From a virus (lineage: Duplodnaviria; Caudoviricetes), in the IMG/VR virus record IMGVR_UViG_2836880742_000002, positions 1 to 64,000 of that record: a DNA stretch of 64,000 nucleotides; one strand, written 5' to 3'. Of the stretch, positions 40,325 through 49,763 are shown in pieces. The notes beneath the pieces were generated by a model, which ran no database searches, had not been told where the DNA came from, and was given only the letters and a program-made list of their open reading frames with translations. The position numbers and the translations under genes are program-made. How positions within the stretch are numbered: the stretch's first letter is position 1; every line of letters begins with the position of its first letter.

Positions 40325-40753
40325 TTAAACATCATTATTAATCTCAATATACAGTTTGTTATTGATGAAATGTTCGGTATGCCCATCCTCGAAGGAAACG
40401 CCTGTCGGATTAGTCTTTTGGCTGCATTCCGAAGGCACTGTGTGAAAATCATCCTTACGTATAGAAAAAAGGAACTTGGATAAGTCGCACAATTCACCGA
40501 CACGTTCGGTAGCTTCTTCCCATGCCTTTGTTTCGGCATTCCATTTGTCACGGACATAGATGTTGACATTCACATAAGCCCGTTGAGTTTGACCGCATCC
40601 TTCATTGGAAAGGACTGATATGACTATATCCTCCTTGTCCGATTTATTCGGTCTACCCTTTTTGCTTAATTTCCCAGTTACGGCACGTTCAAGTTCCGCC
40701 CCTTTGATTTTGTGATACACAAAGTCTTTTATTTCAACATCCGACTTCATCAT
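40325..40753 (-). CDS. Tail terminator-like protein
   Basis: Size and synteny. Confidence 0.55.
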   Translation of the reverse strand: MMKSDVEIKDFVYHKIKGAELERAVTGKLSKKGRPNKSDKEDIVISVLSNEGCGQTQRAYVNVNIYVRDKWNAETKAWEEATERVGELCDLSKFLFSIRKDDFHTVPSECSQKTNPTGVSFEDGHTEHFINNKLYIEINNDV

Positions 40754-41220
40754 TTAGCAATCTGTCTTTTTAGTTTTTCAAGCATCTTCGACACCTGGTC
40801 TCTTGCCCACAAGTCCGTTGATGCAAGTACATCCTTGTTGTCCATCGCTTCCACAAGTTCAGCATAATTCATTCCAGCTACCACAACAAGCACATAATCA
40901 TTGGAATACCTTTTTACAAGTTCTTCCGCCAATTCCTTGCCTTCTTTGACACCTTCTGAACCTTGCTTCACTTGATTAAAGTCTGAGTATTGAATTATGC
41001 TACCATTTTTGGCAATAACATAACCGACAGAACTGCGAAGATTGCCCGTTCGGTCGTACCAACTATCTTTTCCTGAACGGTCACGTACTTTGGTGACGCA
41101 TTGTTCTCCCAAACGAGCCAACGCACGAACAGTAAGACGTTCTACACGTTCGGCTTCTTTCAGGAGAGCCTTATTCACTTTCTCAAGTCTGGTAGTCATT
41201 CTTATACCCATAATTTGCAC
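40750..41220 (-). CDS. HK97 gp10-like neck protein
   Basis: DRTGNLRSS and YAELVE motifs. Confidence 0.75.
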   Translation of the reverse strand: MQIMGIRMTTRLEKVNKALLKEAERVERLTVRALARLGEQCVTKVRDRSGKDSWYDRTGNLRSSVGYVIAKNGSIIQYSDFNQVKQGSEGVKEGKELAEELVKRYSNDYVLVVVAGMNYAELVEAMDNKDVLASTDLWARDQVSKMLEKLKRQIAK

Positions 41221-41543
41221 TGTTTTTGGTAGTGATGAAAACCTTTTACTTCAAATTCCCGCTCAATTCCTCCGAGCAAGCTAATCCTGACCCTATCGCC
41301 AATAGCGAACGACTTGCTATTGGAAGGAAGATATATGGTGTATGAATATTTACGTACCACACCGTCTTCAAAAGTCCTCTCTTCAGCTTTGCCGTTAGGG
41401 ACTGCATCGCATGGAATATTACCTTCCCAATGGCTTTCTCCCTCGTGGTAATTGCCGTTCTCATCGTCATATCCGGGTGTTGCCACGAGATATTGTAACT
41501 TATGCGGTTTAAAATCCACTACAGACATACGCTTATCCTCCAA
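41202..41543 (-). CDS. Head closure-like protein
   Basis: Size and synteny. Confidence 0.55.
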   Translation of the reverse strand: MEDKRMSVVDFKPHKLQYLVATPGYDDENGNYHEGESHWEGNIPCDAVPNGKAEERTFEDGVVRKYSYTIYLPSNSKSFAIGDRVRISLLGGIEREFEVKGFHHYQKQCKLWV

Positions 41544-41862
41544 TATAGACCGTTGGTTTTGCTTCCAACTCCTTCACTGGCTCACCAATGGATTGGTAAA
41601 TGGAATTGGCTTCATTCAGAATAGCAATCAGTTGCTTATCGGATAAACTACCGACCGATTTGTCCGCTTCGGAGAAATTGACAGCTTGAACCAAAGACCA
41701 AAGACAATCCGCAAAAGCACCGCGATACGATTCTGAGTGCATAACCTCAGATGTACACTCTTCTTCACCATCAAGAGAACGGTAAATCAAAGCATTTTCA
41801 ATAAATCCGACAGAAATATCGTAATGTATTGCATCTTTCAGTGCTTGTTGGATTGTCTTCAT
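41533..41862 (-). CDS. Head-tail adaptor-like protein
   Basis: 109 aa helical, follows capsid gene. Confidence 0.55.
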   Translation of the reverse strand: MKTIQQALKDAIHYDISVGFIENALIYRSLDGEEECTSEVMHSESYRGAFADCLWSLVQAVNFSEADKSVGSLSDKQLIAILNEANSIYQSIGEPVKELEAKPTVYIGG

Positions 41863-41865
41863 AAC

Positions 41866-43233
41866 TTATGCTGATTTATGAGTTTCTACTGCGGCTTTAA
41901 GAATCGCTTCGTCAGAATCATTCAATTTATTCACGGCAGCAATCAACTTATCGTCTGCAATGTTTGTAGCGAGGTTTTTGCCGGTGATTTTATTGAACTC
42001 CTTGACAAACTCCGGTTTCTTGTAAGCCTGCCCCCAAATGGTGATTTTCACATCGCTTGAATCAGAACCTTCCGCTGTTGTATCCACTACTTGCGCTTCT
42101 GAAACATCAAGGATGTAAATCTGGTCTACATCCTCTGTTGTATCCACTACTTGCGCTTCTGAAACATCAAGGATGTAAATCTGGTCTACATCCTCAATAA
42201 TGGGAGCGACAAAAGCCTGACCGGAAGTAATCTCACGCAACGGATTCACAAGCGAATACTTGGAAATCAGTTTGAACGTGTCCACCAACTGATAGATTAC
42301 ATTCTTCACCGGATTGGACTGCTCGGCCAGACGACCGTAGACCAACGTACCGACAACCTCGTTGCAAATGAATACAAGGCGGTTGGCATTCCAAGGTTTC
42401 ACGGAACGCTTTTTGCCATCCTGCTCAAAAATAACAGATCGGTCTATCACTTTAAAGGCGATACCGTTATTGTCATCGGCAAAAGCCTCGTTAAATTTAG
42501 AGGCCGTCGGAGTGGGCAAAATCGTTTCAGCCGTAAATGACTGTCCATTGTAGTTTGCAACTAATTCTTTTGCACCCTGAGTCTGACGGAGTTTATCAAA
42601 CATTGACTTGGCAATGCAGATTTCGATAATCGTGTTGCCGTCCGCATCCGCCTTTGCAATCACACGCTTGATGTCTTCAAGAGAAATTTCATTTTTGACT
42701 GTCGCTCCAAACGTGTTCTTAGGGAAATAATTGAAGTTCAAACGCAGTAATGCGTCCGGAGTGTCTTCGTCTTTGATTGCAACATACCCGTTGGACAAAG
42801 CAAACAAGAAGTTATACTCATTGCGCTCGTCAATTCCGACAGAACATGCGACAGGATCGTCCGACAGCTTCTTGGCTATGTTCTGGGCGTTACCTCCCTG
42901 AGCTTCCATGACATTGATGTTATTGATGTCGGATTCCTTTAAGATTTTTGACATTCCGATTTTGGGAAGCTTCCCGTTGGCGGAAGCGATACTGTCACGA
43001 GACTTGATTGGAAGTTCCGAATCCACCGCAACAAAATCCGCTGCGACATAAGTCGTGTTCACAGACGTACTTTCCCATTTGTTGTCCGGTGAAAACTCTG
43101 TACGAAGCATAGCATTCTCACCTTTATGCAGATAAGTGAGCTTCCCGTTTCTCTTACCGTTCACCTTTTCAATAAGCCGCTGCAACTTCGGGAAGAACTT
43201 GGCGACATATTTTGCAAATAATGATTCATTCAT
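41866..43233 (-). CDS. Major capsid protein
   Basis: 455 aa after scaffold and decoration genes. Confidence 0.8.
   Translation of the reverse strand: MNESLFAKYVAKFFPKLQRLIEKVNGKRNGKLTYLHKGENAMLRTEFSPDNKWESTSVNTTYVAADFVAVDSELPIKSRDSIASANGKLPKIGMSKILKESDINNINVMEAQGGNAQNIAKKLSDDPVACSVGIDERNEYNFLFALSNGYVAIKDEDTPDALLRLNFNYFPKNTFGATVKNEISLEDIKRVIAKADADGNTIIEICIAKSMFDKLRQTQGAKELVANYNGQSFTAETILPTPTASKFNEAFADDNNGIAFKVIDRSVIFEQDGKKRSVKPWNANRLVFICNEVVGTLVYGRLAEQSNPVKNVIYQLVDTFKLISKYSLVNPLREITSGQAFVAPIIEDVDQIYILDVSEAQVVDTTEDVDQIYILDVSEAQVVDTTAEGSDSSDVKITIWGQAYKKPEFVKEFNKITGKNLATNIADDKLIAAVNKLNDSDEAILKAAVETHKSA
42075..42195. repeat. Perfect 60-bp tandem duplication in capsid gene
   Basis: 42075-42135 equals 42135-42195; EDVDQIYILDVSEAQVVDTT twice. 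Confidence 0.95.
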
Positions 43234-43248
43234 AAGTTACCTCCTTTT

Positions 43249-43644
43249 TTAATCATGTTCAAAAACAAGGGTTGGAACAGCCGCTTTCAAGGCAGCTTTG
43301 ATGGTATCAAGCGGATAAGGGCTTGCCATATCATTCACAACTCCGGTGTGCATAATCGACACGAAGGGTTCTTTCACAGATTTAGTAGCACCACATACAC
43401 CTACGTATTCATGACTACCCGGCAAACTTTCATAAGTATCCCCGACAGAATTTACGGGCATAGGCTTATATGTGTCATTTTCCGTATCGTGAATAATTAC
43501 GTGTCCGGCACGTATATATTCTCCTTTAAAATCACTTACATCCAATACTTTGCCGCCTTGAATCCCAGCAATGTATTTGCGAATGACTATCGGGTCATTA
43601 CCAAACCCAAACGATTCAATTGTTCCTACATCTACTACGCTCAT
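43249..43644 (-). CDS. Head decoration-like protein
   Basis: 131 aa between scaffold and capsid. Confidence 0.6.
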   Translation of the reverse strand: MSVVDVGTIESFGFGNDPIVIRKYIAGIQGGKVLDVSDFKGEYIRAGHVIIHDTENDTYKPMPVNSVGDTYESLPGSHEYVGVCGATKSVKEPFVSIMHTGVVNDMASPYPLDTIKAALKAAVPTLVFEHD

Positions 43645-43663
43645 GTTAAATTCATTTTTAGTT

Positions 43664-44383
43664 TTACAAATCAGCCAAAGCGTCTATTTCAGCATCGCTA
43701 AATGGCTCATCTTGTTTTCCTGAACCCTTACCACCGGCAGCAGGAGGGTTTGCCAATGTAGCCAAACCCGCATCCGCACGTTCTTGGTTGTAATTCTTCA
43801 GGTCTTCCTCCACTTCGGAATAGAACTCCTCAAACTCCTCATCGGTTTCAAACTTCATGCGGTCGAAACTCTTAAGGATACGACTGCCGAAAGAACCCGA
43901 ATTTTTGAGCAACTCATTGAGTTTGGATTTTCTTGACGTAGCGACCTTCTCGCCTTTCAATACAGAAATCTCGTTGGTGAGGCTGTCCACTTTGTCGAGC
44001 AACCCTTTTGCCCATGCCGGAGCATCATCATTCTTTTCGTTGTTTTGGGAATTGTTTTTGTTTGAACCCGGTTGACGATTATTTTTTTGTGGTTCGTTAT
44101 TATCATCTTCGTCATCGGTTTCATCGTCATCATTCTTTCTGCGTGCGTCTTCAGCAAGACGATTGGCATAGGACTGGCTGACTTGCAGGAATGGGAGAAC
44201 CGCATCAATTCGTTCTTCGACTTCTGCGTTTACATCCTCATCTAAGGCATCTTCTGCGGAGGTCAGGTTATCGGCAATTTTAGCGGCGATACCCATCAGC
44301 TCCTTTTTATTGAACCCGAACGCCTTCACTTTCGGTTTCAACATCAATAGAACTTTTTGTTTTCTGTCCATTGTACAATACAT
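43664..44383 (-). CDS. Capsid scaffold protein
   Basis: Acidic, low-complexity, PAWAK motif, upstream of capsid genes. Confidence 0.7.
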   Translation of the reverse strand: MYCTMDRKQKVLLMLKPKVKAFGFNKKELMGIAAKIADNLTSAEDALDEDVNAEVEERIDAVLPFLQVSQSYANRLAEDARRKNDDDETDDEDDNNEPQKNNRQPGSNKNNSQNNEKNDDAPAWAKGLLDKVDSLTNEISVLKGEKVATSRKSKLNELLKNSGSFGSRILKSFDRMKFETDEEFEEFYSEVEEDLKNYNQERADAGLATLANPPAAGGKGSGKQDEPFSDAEIDALADL

Positions 44384-44546
44384 TTAGTTAAAAACACGAA
44401 TAGCCTGCGCAGCAACGTATGCCAACAGACTATCCGTGTAGAACTAACCTCAAACAATGGAAGGTTTAAATGTGATTTTGCTTGCATTTGCAATATATCA
44501 CAACGACAAGTTCTGTGGCGTACATCTTCATACGCATTTCTTATGA

Positions 44547-44576
44547 CAAAGATAATAAAAATGATTGAAAAACAAA
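44547..44576 (-). promoter_or_regulatory. Promoter of the head operon
   Basis: TTTG-N18-TATCTTTG on the minus strand. Confidence 0.6.
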
Positions 44577-44727
44577 CATATAATATATATTTTTTTACGA
44601 AAGAGTAGTATTTTGTTCTTAATCACCCATTACAGCGATACCTGATAGACTGAAATCTATCAGGTACACTTCAAGAAACGTTGGCCGAAGCCCAAACGCA
44701 CTATTATTGTCTTGTCATTGTGGCCGT

Positions 44728-45168
44728 TTATATTAATATCCCTTCGTCTAACATCGAGTAGTATTTATCATCACTGATTATAATGCTATCAAGTAATTTT
44801 ATACCAAAGAGGTCAAGTCCTTTCTTTATTTCATCAGAAAGCTTTATATCCTCTTGGCTTGGTTTTATGTTTCCTGATGGGTGATTGTGTACGAAGATTA
44901 CAGCCGAAGAAAGCGCATCAATAGCGTATTTGGCTATAATCCTTCTATCTACTAAAGTTTGGCTTATTCCACCTTGTGATATTTTAGCATACCCTGTTAT
45001 GTTATTGGCCTGATTCAATAAAATAATAAAAGCACTTTCATAGATTAATACATCTTCGTGATAGAACTTTCTGGAAAAATTAAACGCATCTTCTGAAGAA
45101 CGTACTTTGATTATTTCAAAATCTTGTTTCTTTGCTGTTATGCTGTATTCTACGGCTTTCTTTTTCAT
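44728..45168 (-). CDS. RadC-like JAB domain protein
   Basis: E...HNHPSG..PSQED...LLDSIII. Confidence 0.88.
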   Translation of the reverse strand: MKKKAVEYSITAKKQDFEIIKVRSSEDAFNFSRKFYHEDVLIYESAFIILLNQANNITGYAKISQGGISQTLVDRRIIAKYAIDALSSAVIFVHNHPSGNIKPSQEDIKLSDEIKKGLDLFGIKLLDSIIISDDKYYSMLDEGILI

Positions 45169-45210
45169 TGCTCTTTATATTGTGTAGGGCTTTTGCCCTA
45201 CCGGTTAAAC

Positions 45211-45495
45211 TTATCTTTTATCTATCACTAAGTAATGTTCCGCCAAGCATTTCACCCATTGTATACGATATTTCTTAGATGGATGATTCCATTCTATATC
45301 TCTTATAGCAGAAAGAATATCGGATGTGCTTTCTTTATAATATCTTGCCAATATCATCAATACATTATAGCTTTCTTGCGGTGTAAAATGTAAAGAACGT
45401 CTGTACCTCTTTGCTGTTTCATATACCCTTTTTGAGAACGATTCAACAGTCTCAAAATCTTCTTTTTTATAATTGAAAAGGTTTGTTGCTTTCAT
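45211..45495 (-). CDS. Hypothetical protein
   Basis: 94-aa ORF behind a repeated promoter block. Confidence 0.6.
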   Translation of the reverse strand: MKATNLFNYKKEDFETVESFSKRVYETAKRYRRSLHFTPQESYNVLMILARYYKESTSDILSAIRDIEWNHPSKKYRIQWVKCLAEHYLVIDKR

Positions 45496-45650
45496 TGCTC
45501 TTGTCTTTTAATTATTAGTATTATATGTTTCTTTTATTTGATATATAAAGATACTCATTTTCAGCGAGTTAACAAAATATCTACACAAGTAATTTACTCA
45601 TAATCAGAAGTTTAACTTTTGCTCACTTTGAGCGTAAACAGATACAAAAA
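45491..45650. repeat. Dispersed promoter/leader repeat, copy 1
   Basis: Gap-free alignment to 52571-52730; 105/123 identical over 45505-45627 by hand count. Confidence 0.85.
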
Positions 45651-45697
45651 AAGAGCGACTTAAAAGCCACTCTAACATCTAAAAATAAACAGAAATT

Positions 45698-46129
45698 TTA
45701 TCCTATCAAATACCTATATGCTTTGAGGTATTTATTCAATCTCGCCAAATCCTTCTCCGTGATTTGCTCCAGCCGAGTAATATCCATGTTATCTTCCAAG
45801 TCGTGTATTTTCACTTGGCGGCCAATAGGACTGAGGTATGAACGTTTAACAAAATCTTCATAGCTTTCTTCTTCATTACGGGTGACAGACAGTATCGCAT
45901 CTACAATATTACGAGGGAATCCTTCTGAAAGCAAATATTCAGGTGTGATGTTTGTATCTTCTATCGTATCGTGCAACAAAGCAACAATACGCTCATCATC
46001 GGTCTTACAACGGTTGGACACACGAATAGGATGAAAAATATAGGCTGCTCTAGCTTTGTCTACTTGCCCTTCATGAGCTTTAGCTGCTATCTGGAGAGCT
46101 TTTTCTAATAAAGGATTAGTAACTGTCAT
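45698..46129 (-). CDS. aph1: HD-domain small alarmone hydrolase (Aph1/Mesh1-like)
   Basis: AHEGQVDK...YIFHP, LLHDTIEDT, VKIHDLEDN; downstream of the MuF-synthetase. Confidence 0.75.
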   Translation of the reverse strand: MTVTNPLLEKALQIAAKAHEGQVDKARAAYIFHPIRVSNRCKTDDERIVALLHDTIEDTNITPEYLLSEGFPRNIVDAILSVTRNEEESYEDFVKRSYLSPIGRQVKIHDLEDNMDITRLEQITEKDLARLNKYLKAYRYLIG

Positions 46130-46343
46130 ATTCGTATTTGGATATTTCTTTACCACCAAGAATTACGTTGCAAATTGTTTCATTTGATTGTGGTAATTCA
46201 ATCTCTTTGCGACCTCTATGTTTAAGGAATGATTTTGTTCTATCATCTTCATATACAAGCCGCACTACCGCTTCTTCAAAATCATCTAATAAATAAATGA
46301 TTTCTCCGACCTGTAGTCTTTTTTGTAGAATCTTTTGGTTCAT
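46116..46343 (-). CDS. Putative immunity protein of the MuF toxin
   Basis: 75 aa directly after the toxin; own promoter-like TATCTTTA at 46353-46360. Confidence 0.6.
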   Translation of the reverse strand: MNQKILQKRLQVGEIIYLLDDFEEAVVRLVYEDDRTKSFLKHRGRKEIELPQSNETICNVILGGKEISKYEYDSY

Positions 46344-46367
46344 ATTTATATGTAAAGATAGTTATTT

Positions 46368-47972
46368 TTATTGGAAATGCCTATAATATTCAATTGATTT
46401 TTGAGCTATTTTTTGCGCCTCATTGCTTGCCTTATCAAGAACGCGCCATTCTTCGTAATATTTATGTCCAAGCCCTCCTTCCATGCCGGTTTGCTCCTGT
46501 ATCTCTTTCCAGCGTTTCTCGCCAAGAATGCGTTTGGCATCCTCTGGTTTTTCTTTCGCATAAATCATTCGTTCTGTATTGACCTGTATTTCTGCTGTAA
46601 GCCCATCCGAAGTTTTAATATTTACAATGTTTCCGCTATATCCCATAAAAGATTCCGGTCTTTGCCTTTTAAGCCTTAAGAACACATTCATGTCGGATAG
46701 CTCAGCTAGAACATTTTCTATCTGACCTTTGGGTACTATGATAGTAGTCCTTACAGCATCCTTTATATCGTATGGGGTTATATTTTCAGTTGTGACCTTT
46801 CTTGTGATGGATGCAGCACTCTTGAAATTTACGGGAGTTACGAAACCTTTATTCTTGAATGCTATTCGTTCAGCAAAAGCCTGCACCTCATTACCTACTG
46901 ATGATGCACGCTTTACGACTTCCGAAACAGAACCTTCAACTGTCACTTTCTGATAGACGGATTTGTTGTCACGCAAAAAGTACGGTAAAGTGTTTCGTTT
47001 CTTTGCTTCTTTAATTCTTTCCTGATTGTCAAGCACCCACTTTTTAAATCCGTCCGGTACGTCTTTCACCTTATTCACGCTTGTAGTGTCAGTTTCACTA
47101 CGCCCATCCCATTCCCAAAACTCTTCCTCCGTCTTTAGAATTGGTATCTTATAACATCTATCAAGCGGATGCCAACCAGTCCATACAAAATCTTTTGGAT
47201 ATTTACCTGCAAGCATGTCGCAAATATCGTGTTCAGGGTGGGTGTTGCTTAACTTGATTTCATACCCTACCACAAAATCAAACTGTTTCCAACGTTCGTT
47301 CTCTGCCGTGCGGTAGGCCATGTTGACTTCGGAAGCAGCCAAACGCAAAGAGCGGTATTCACAATCCACAGCTTTACTTGCTTTGCCAAATCTTTCCTTG
47401 TAATCCTTTTGTAATCTTGGAAAGTCAAGCAGGTATTTGGATATTCGCTTACTCAATGTAACCGCACTTGTTCCTTTCTGAATGGCGCACGATATAGCAT
47501 CTTCAAGTTCTTGCTTGTACAAAGCAGACTGATTCCACAGTTTATCCGAAATAGTGAAGCCTTTGTCTGTACGGTTCTGAAATGCTTGCAGTGCGTTACT
47601 GTTAGTTTGGTAGAAGACCTTGTACTTTTCTTTGTCAATCGTAGCATCGTATGCCTGCAAGACTTTGTTTGCCAACAAGTCTTGCGCCTCGTTGCTGTTC
47701 TTCCATTCTTCGGACGTTCCGCTATAAATGATCGTATTAATGTCTTCGACAAACCGTTTTTGTAAATCCTTGATACGTTTTTTCGTTTGTGGATAGTCCG
47801 ACCATTTGAACAGTTTTTCATTATCGCTCGAATAATCAGTAATTCCGATTATTCGAGCGGCCTCCAAATTCAAATCTTCATAGATGGATTCCACGAGCGT
47901 AATATACTTGGCAAGCCGAGTATTCAGTTCGCTGTATTTTCGCTTTTGATTGGGAGTTTTAGGTTTCGCCAT
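46368..47972 (-). CDS. apk2: MuF minor head protein with C-terminal RelA/SpoT-like synthetase toxin (Apk2-like)
   Basis: MuF RLAASE...ICD...WHPLDRC; then KSAASITRK, KDAVR, GY, EIQ, HKYYEEWR. Confidence 0.75.
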   Translation of the reverse strand: MAKPKTPNQKRKYSELNTRLAKYITLVESIYEDLNLEAARIIGITDYSSDNEKLFKWSDYPQTKKRIKDLQKRFVEDINTIIYSGTSEEWKNSNEAQDLLANKVLQAYDATIDKEKYKVFYQTNSNALQAFQNRTDKGFTISDKLWNQSALYKQELEDAISCAIQKGTSAVTLSKRISKYLLDFPRLQKDYKERFGKASKAVDCEYRSLRLAASEVNMAYRTAENERWKQFDFVVGYEIKLSNTHPEHDICDMLAGKYPKDFVWTGWHPLDRCYKIPILKTEEEFWEWDGRSETDTTSVNKVKDVPDGFKKWVLDNQERIKEAKKRNTLPYFLRDNKSVYQKVTVEGSVSEVVKRASSVGNEVQAFAERIAFKNKGFVTPVNFKSAASITRKVTTENITPYDIKDAVRTTIIVPKGQIENVLAELSDMNVFLRLKRQRPESFMGYSGNIVNIKTSDGLTAEIQVNTERMIYAKEKPEDAKRILGEKRWKEIQEQTGMEGGLGHKYYEEWRVLDKASNEAQKIAQKSIEYYRHFQ

Positions 47973-47978
47973 TGTATA

Positions 47979-48341
47979 TTATTCGTTCTCAATTCTATCT
48001 GGTGCAGGCATCTCCAATAATCGAATAGCTTTGATTGTTTCTTTTCCTTCAAGAATAGCTTTACATAAGCGGTGATAACCATCTGCTATTTGCCCGACAT
48101 TATCTAATATGATAGGGTAATCAAGTGAGCAATCGAGCACTCGTTTACACTGAAAGATAAAACTATGAAGTTGATTACACTCAAATGGTTCTGCCGTTAA
48201 ATCAATATTCCACAAAGGCATATCAAGTATAGGATATTCTTTTATCTTTGCAAAATCATAGAGAGTTTGAGCATTCCAAATCTTATTGCCACGATGATAT
48301 TCGCTTTCAGCGAATGTCATATTTTCAACTTGAACTTTCAT
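47979..48341 (-). CDS. ParB-like domain protein
   Basis: YPIILD...IADGYHRL. Confidence 0.75.
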   Translation of the reverse strand: MKVQVENMTFAESEYHRGNKIWNAQTLYDFAKIKEYPILDMPLWNIDLTAEPFECNQLHSFIFQCKRVLDCSLDYPIILDNVGQIADGYHRLCKAILEGKETIKAIRLLEMPAPDRIENE

Positions 48342-48419
48342 AAAACGGATATTTAAGCCAGTAGCGCAAGTCTGAACTTACGCTACCTTTACTTATTCTA
48401 CAACTTGTCAGACAAGTTA

Positions 48420-49124
48420 TTACACAATCTCCCAATCTTCGGCAAACACATCACTAATAGACGGAACCCATGAATCGGCACGTCCTGTATTCTCATTGTA
48501 GATAAGGCACTGGTCTGTGTAGCAAATGAATTTCCTGCCTTTCATAATAAGGTCTTTCGCTGATTGTGAAAGTGATTGCATCTTCGGGATAATATCGCTG
48601 TTGATGCGTGCAGGAACTTGCTTGACTACAAATAAACCTTTGCCGTTCCATCCATTTCTGCGAAGTGCAAATCCTGCGCATAACAAGGATATAGCTATAC
48701 CAAACGGTAAATTGTTACATCCACCATTTCCGTTTTCCATTTTTGTGTAACGGATATTAAGAAGATGTTGGTAATCTTTCATAATCCCTGTTTGCGCCAA
48801 AAGCATGGCTCTTGTATCATCATCAAGTTCTTCAAATTTACTACTAAGGACAAAGTTCTTCAATCCTGAAAGCCGGCTAGACAACTCGTTTCCCTCGATA
48901 AGCATACGGTCAAGCGGCGTATCTGCTAGTTTGTAAGCGTTTTCAAACACATCTTTAGGAGACCAACTTTCATAGCCATCTTCATAACGAACATGATAAC
49001 CAAACTCAGTCTCTTCATGGTTTTCAATGTCATTACCATAGGGGTTTCTACCAGTTTTTTGTACGAAGTCGCCTAATTTCATAGGTTCGGCTTCAACCTG
49101 TTTTGTTCCAATGTACTTTTTCAT
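48420..49124 (-). CDS. Three-domain protein ending in DUF2829/Tad2-like domain
   Basis: C-terminal FGIAI...RNGWNGKGLFV...WVPSISDVFAEDW. Confidence 0.75.
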   Translation of the reverse strand: MKKYIGTKQVEAEPMKLGDFVQKTGRNPYGNDIENHEETEFGYHVRYEDGYESWSPKDVFENAYKLADTPLDRMLIEGNELSSRLSGLKNFVLSSKFEELDDDTRAMLLAQTGIMKDYQHLLNIRYTKMENGNGGCNNLPFGIAISLLCAGFALRRNGWNGKGLFVVKQVPARINSDIIPKMQSLSQSAKDLIMKGRKFICYTDQCLIYNENTGRADSWVPSISDVFAEDWEIV

Positions 49125-49140
49125 ATCTATAAAGATTTAA

Positions 49141-49740
49141 TCATTCTCCGGAAGTATATGTACCAGTAATAGCCGCGGTGCTTTCATCGTCCAAATGTGC
49201 CGTACCTGAAATGGTAGTTCCGGTAATATTCAGCTCGATGGAGGTGATTTTTGCGCCCGTTGCTCCTTTCGCGCCGTCAGCACCGTCCTTGCCTGCGGCT
49301 CCAGGCACACCATCTTGCCCATTTTTGCCGTTTTCACCTTTCTCACCTTTGAGGTTCTTAAACTCGAAGTTGAGATTGCCTTCTTGCAATGACACCTCAA
49401 TACTCGGCACACCAGTATTGCCATCCACGCTTGCCGTAGCTCCAGCAATAGCCTGTCCGCCATTTCCGCCTTCCGACTGTACGATTACCATTTTAGCAGC
49501 TTTGACCTGCGTCTTGCTGATGATGCGTATCATCATTCCGGCGGGCACGTCCAAATCAAACACCCGTTTTCGGCAATCGAACTCCAACCGGTCGTAAGAA
49601 CTCGGCTCCATGCCGGGCATGTGACGGTAAAATGCCAAGTCGTCCGCCGTGCCGTTGTCCACCTGAATCACACACTTCCCTTTTGATGCGAAGTCGGCCA
49701 CGTACAAGCCGCCCTTTTCGCTGAATAAAATACTTTCCAT
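49141..49740 (-). CDS. Collagen-like repeat protein
   Basis: GXY run [33 protein letters not shown]. Confidence 0.7.
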   Translation of the reverse strand: MESILFSEKGGLYVADFASKGKCVIQVDNGTADDLAFYRHMPGMEPSSYDRLEFDCRKRVFDLDVPAGMMIRIISKTQVKAAKMVIVQSEGGNGGQAIAGATASVDGNTGVPSIEVSLQEGNLNFEFKNLKGEKGENGKNGQDGVPGAAGKDGADGAKGATGAKITSIELNITGTTISGTAHLDDESTAAITGTYTSGE

Positions 49741-49763
49741 ATTGATGATAATTTGATTAGATG

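Noticed and set aside
44709-44723. GTCTTGTCAT(T)GTGG similarity with 2363-2376, and CTTGTCA palindrome near 48402-48418
   Set aside because: Short and gapped with few copies; cannot be separated from chance without statistics
49240-49350. Collagen-like repeats as a novel signal
   Set aside because: Common in phage structural proteins
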